Below are positions 62,481 through 64,000 of a DNA stretch of 64,000 bases, piece after piece. The number at the start of each line of letters is the position of its first letter. Positions within the stretch are counted from its first letter, which is position 1. The position numbers and the translations under genes were made by a program. This stretch comes from Podarcis filfolensis (taxonomy: Eukaryota), in NCBI GenBank assembly GCA_964270895.1, contig OZ185438.1; one strand, given 5' to 3'. The notes under the pieces were generated by a model. That model was given only the letters and a program-made list of their open reading frames with translations, did not search any database and was not told the DNA's origin.

Positions 62481-64000
62481 TCACCACTGTGTCCAGGCAA
62501 TGGCCCAAAGTCTGCACGGCCTCTCCCATTTCAGATGTTATGGAGAAATAGAGCTGATGTCATCAGCATACTGATGGCACTTTGCCCTGAATACTCCTAA
62601 TGACCGCTCCCAAGAGCTTCATGTAAATATGAAATAGCAACAGAGAGAAGATAGCACCCTATACATATTGAGGATGTGGGAAGACAGCAGAAGTGATGGA
62701 TTGAAGGACCTTATGGATAGGATCTTATGCACCCTCTCCATCCCACATGTCTTTTCTGATTTATACCCATTGCATCTGTTTAATAACAGCTCCACACTGA
62801 TATACAGGGACATATGTATTCACTCTTGTAATGCAGCACTGAAATTGCAGGGGAATTAGATTAGGCAGATTGGATTCCTTATGCATTATTTGAGGTGGGG
62901 GACATGTGCTGGCTAGCACAGCTATCCAAATGTTACAGAACAGTCTTAGAGGTGTACACACACAGATTTACAAAATACCTCTTTCGAAAATGTAAACTTC
63001 CCCACATAAATATGTAATGAGATAATCACTTGAAAAAAGAAGCTCACTGAGTGAGACACTGACTCTTGGCCTAACTCTACTGCACAAGGTTGTTGTGAAG
63101 ATGAGGAGCCACTTAAGGAAAGGTGGGGAAAGAATGTAATTATAATGGTGATGATCATAATAAACCTCCCTCTATACTGAAATGCTGGCACTTTTGCAAG
63201 TGTACTTGGCAGCACAGAATCCATGCGTGCAAGCTTAGAATGCAAAGAGAATAACAACCCTTTATCTAATTAAAACCACAGCTTGAGAAGGTGGTTCAGA
63301 ATTAAAATGGGTTTATTAAAGAGAAGCAAGTTGATTCACATAAAATATGACATAAACGGCTTCACACCCAAATGTGTGCCACTTAGACCTTTGTGTGTGT
63401 TATTTTTGTTGTTGCTGCTAAGTGTGTTTTTAAACCCCCTGACCTTTTCCACAGCCCATGTAAATGAGGAGAGGTTGACACACACTTCATGCACATTATG
63501 GAAGTGACTGGGGAGAGGTAATGAGGGAAGTGCTACCCCATGCTGCTCTCTGATCAGTAACTTCCCAGTCACCTCCCGACAGCCACTTCCACGGTGCATG
63601 CATAATATACACCTGCTCGTGTTTGTTTACATGGGTTCTGGAAGAAATTTGGAGTTTCAACCAGGTGTAGGAAACCTCTGGCTCTCAGACAAATCCAGCT
63701 CCTTCTCCATTCAGTTTATACTAAAGTGTTCAAGCTACTTTGTAGTTGTTGTATCATTTATCCTTATATGATCCTTGGAAATAGGTCAGATGCATGTTTG
63801 TAGCCAAAAGAGTTCAACAGGTGTAGCTTGAGCTACTGGAGCACTGTCATAGGAACTGTCATAGGAAGCTGTTTTAAGTAGAGTCAACCACTGGGGTCCA
63901 TTTAGCTAAGCACTGTTTACTCTCACAACAGCTCTCCAGTGCTGCAGTCATGAATTCTCTTCCAACCCTACCTAAAGGTGCTGAGGGTTCAACATGGGAC

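Noticed and set aside
1-64000. Endogenous viral coding sequence or autonomous transposase, gag or pol
   Set aside because: No ORF in the track or in my manual translations resembled viral, transposase or LTR-internal proteins; decayed remnants could only be excluded by a translated profile search.

Overview
Vertebrate, repeat-rich, essentially non-coding 64 kb window (large intron or intergenic). The repeat complement points to a squamate, most likely a lacertid lizard (Podarcis-like): Sauria SINEs, BovB-like RTE, CR1, L2, L1-like LINEs, Tigger-like and hAT MITEs. I could not support any host protein-coding exon; every recognisable ORF is transposon-derived. The most informative structure is a set of precisely bounded insertions with intact target-site duplications (TSDs): six solo LTRs (all 5-bp TSD), hAT elements (8-bp TSD) and pogo/Tigger-like MITEs (TA TSD), many nested inside one another. 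The strongest novelty candidates are: (i) two divergent solo LTRs that each keep a ~110-codon open frame from the LTR 5' edge, with a shared acidic/Pro/basic architecture; (ii) a hAT element carrying an internal BovB fragment; (iii) a three-level LTR>MITE>MITE nest; (iv) a MITE that disperses TTAGGG-containing repeats; (v) a near-perfect ETS-AP1-ETS hairpin. All family names come from recall and manual comparison, not database searches. LINE and SINE boundaries without TSDs are approximate.
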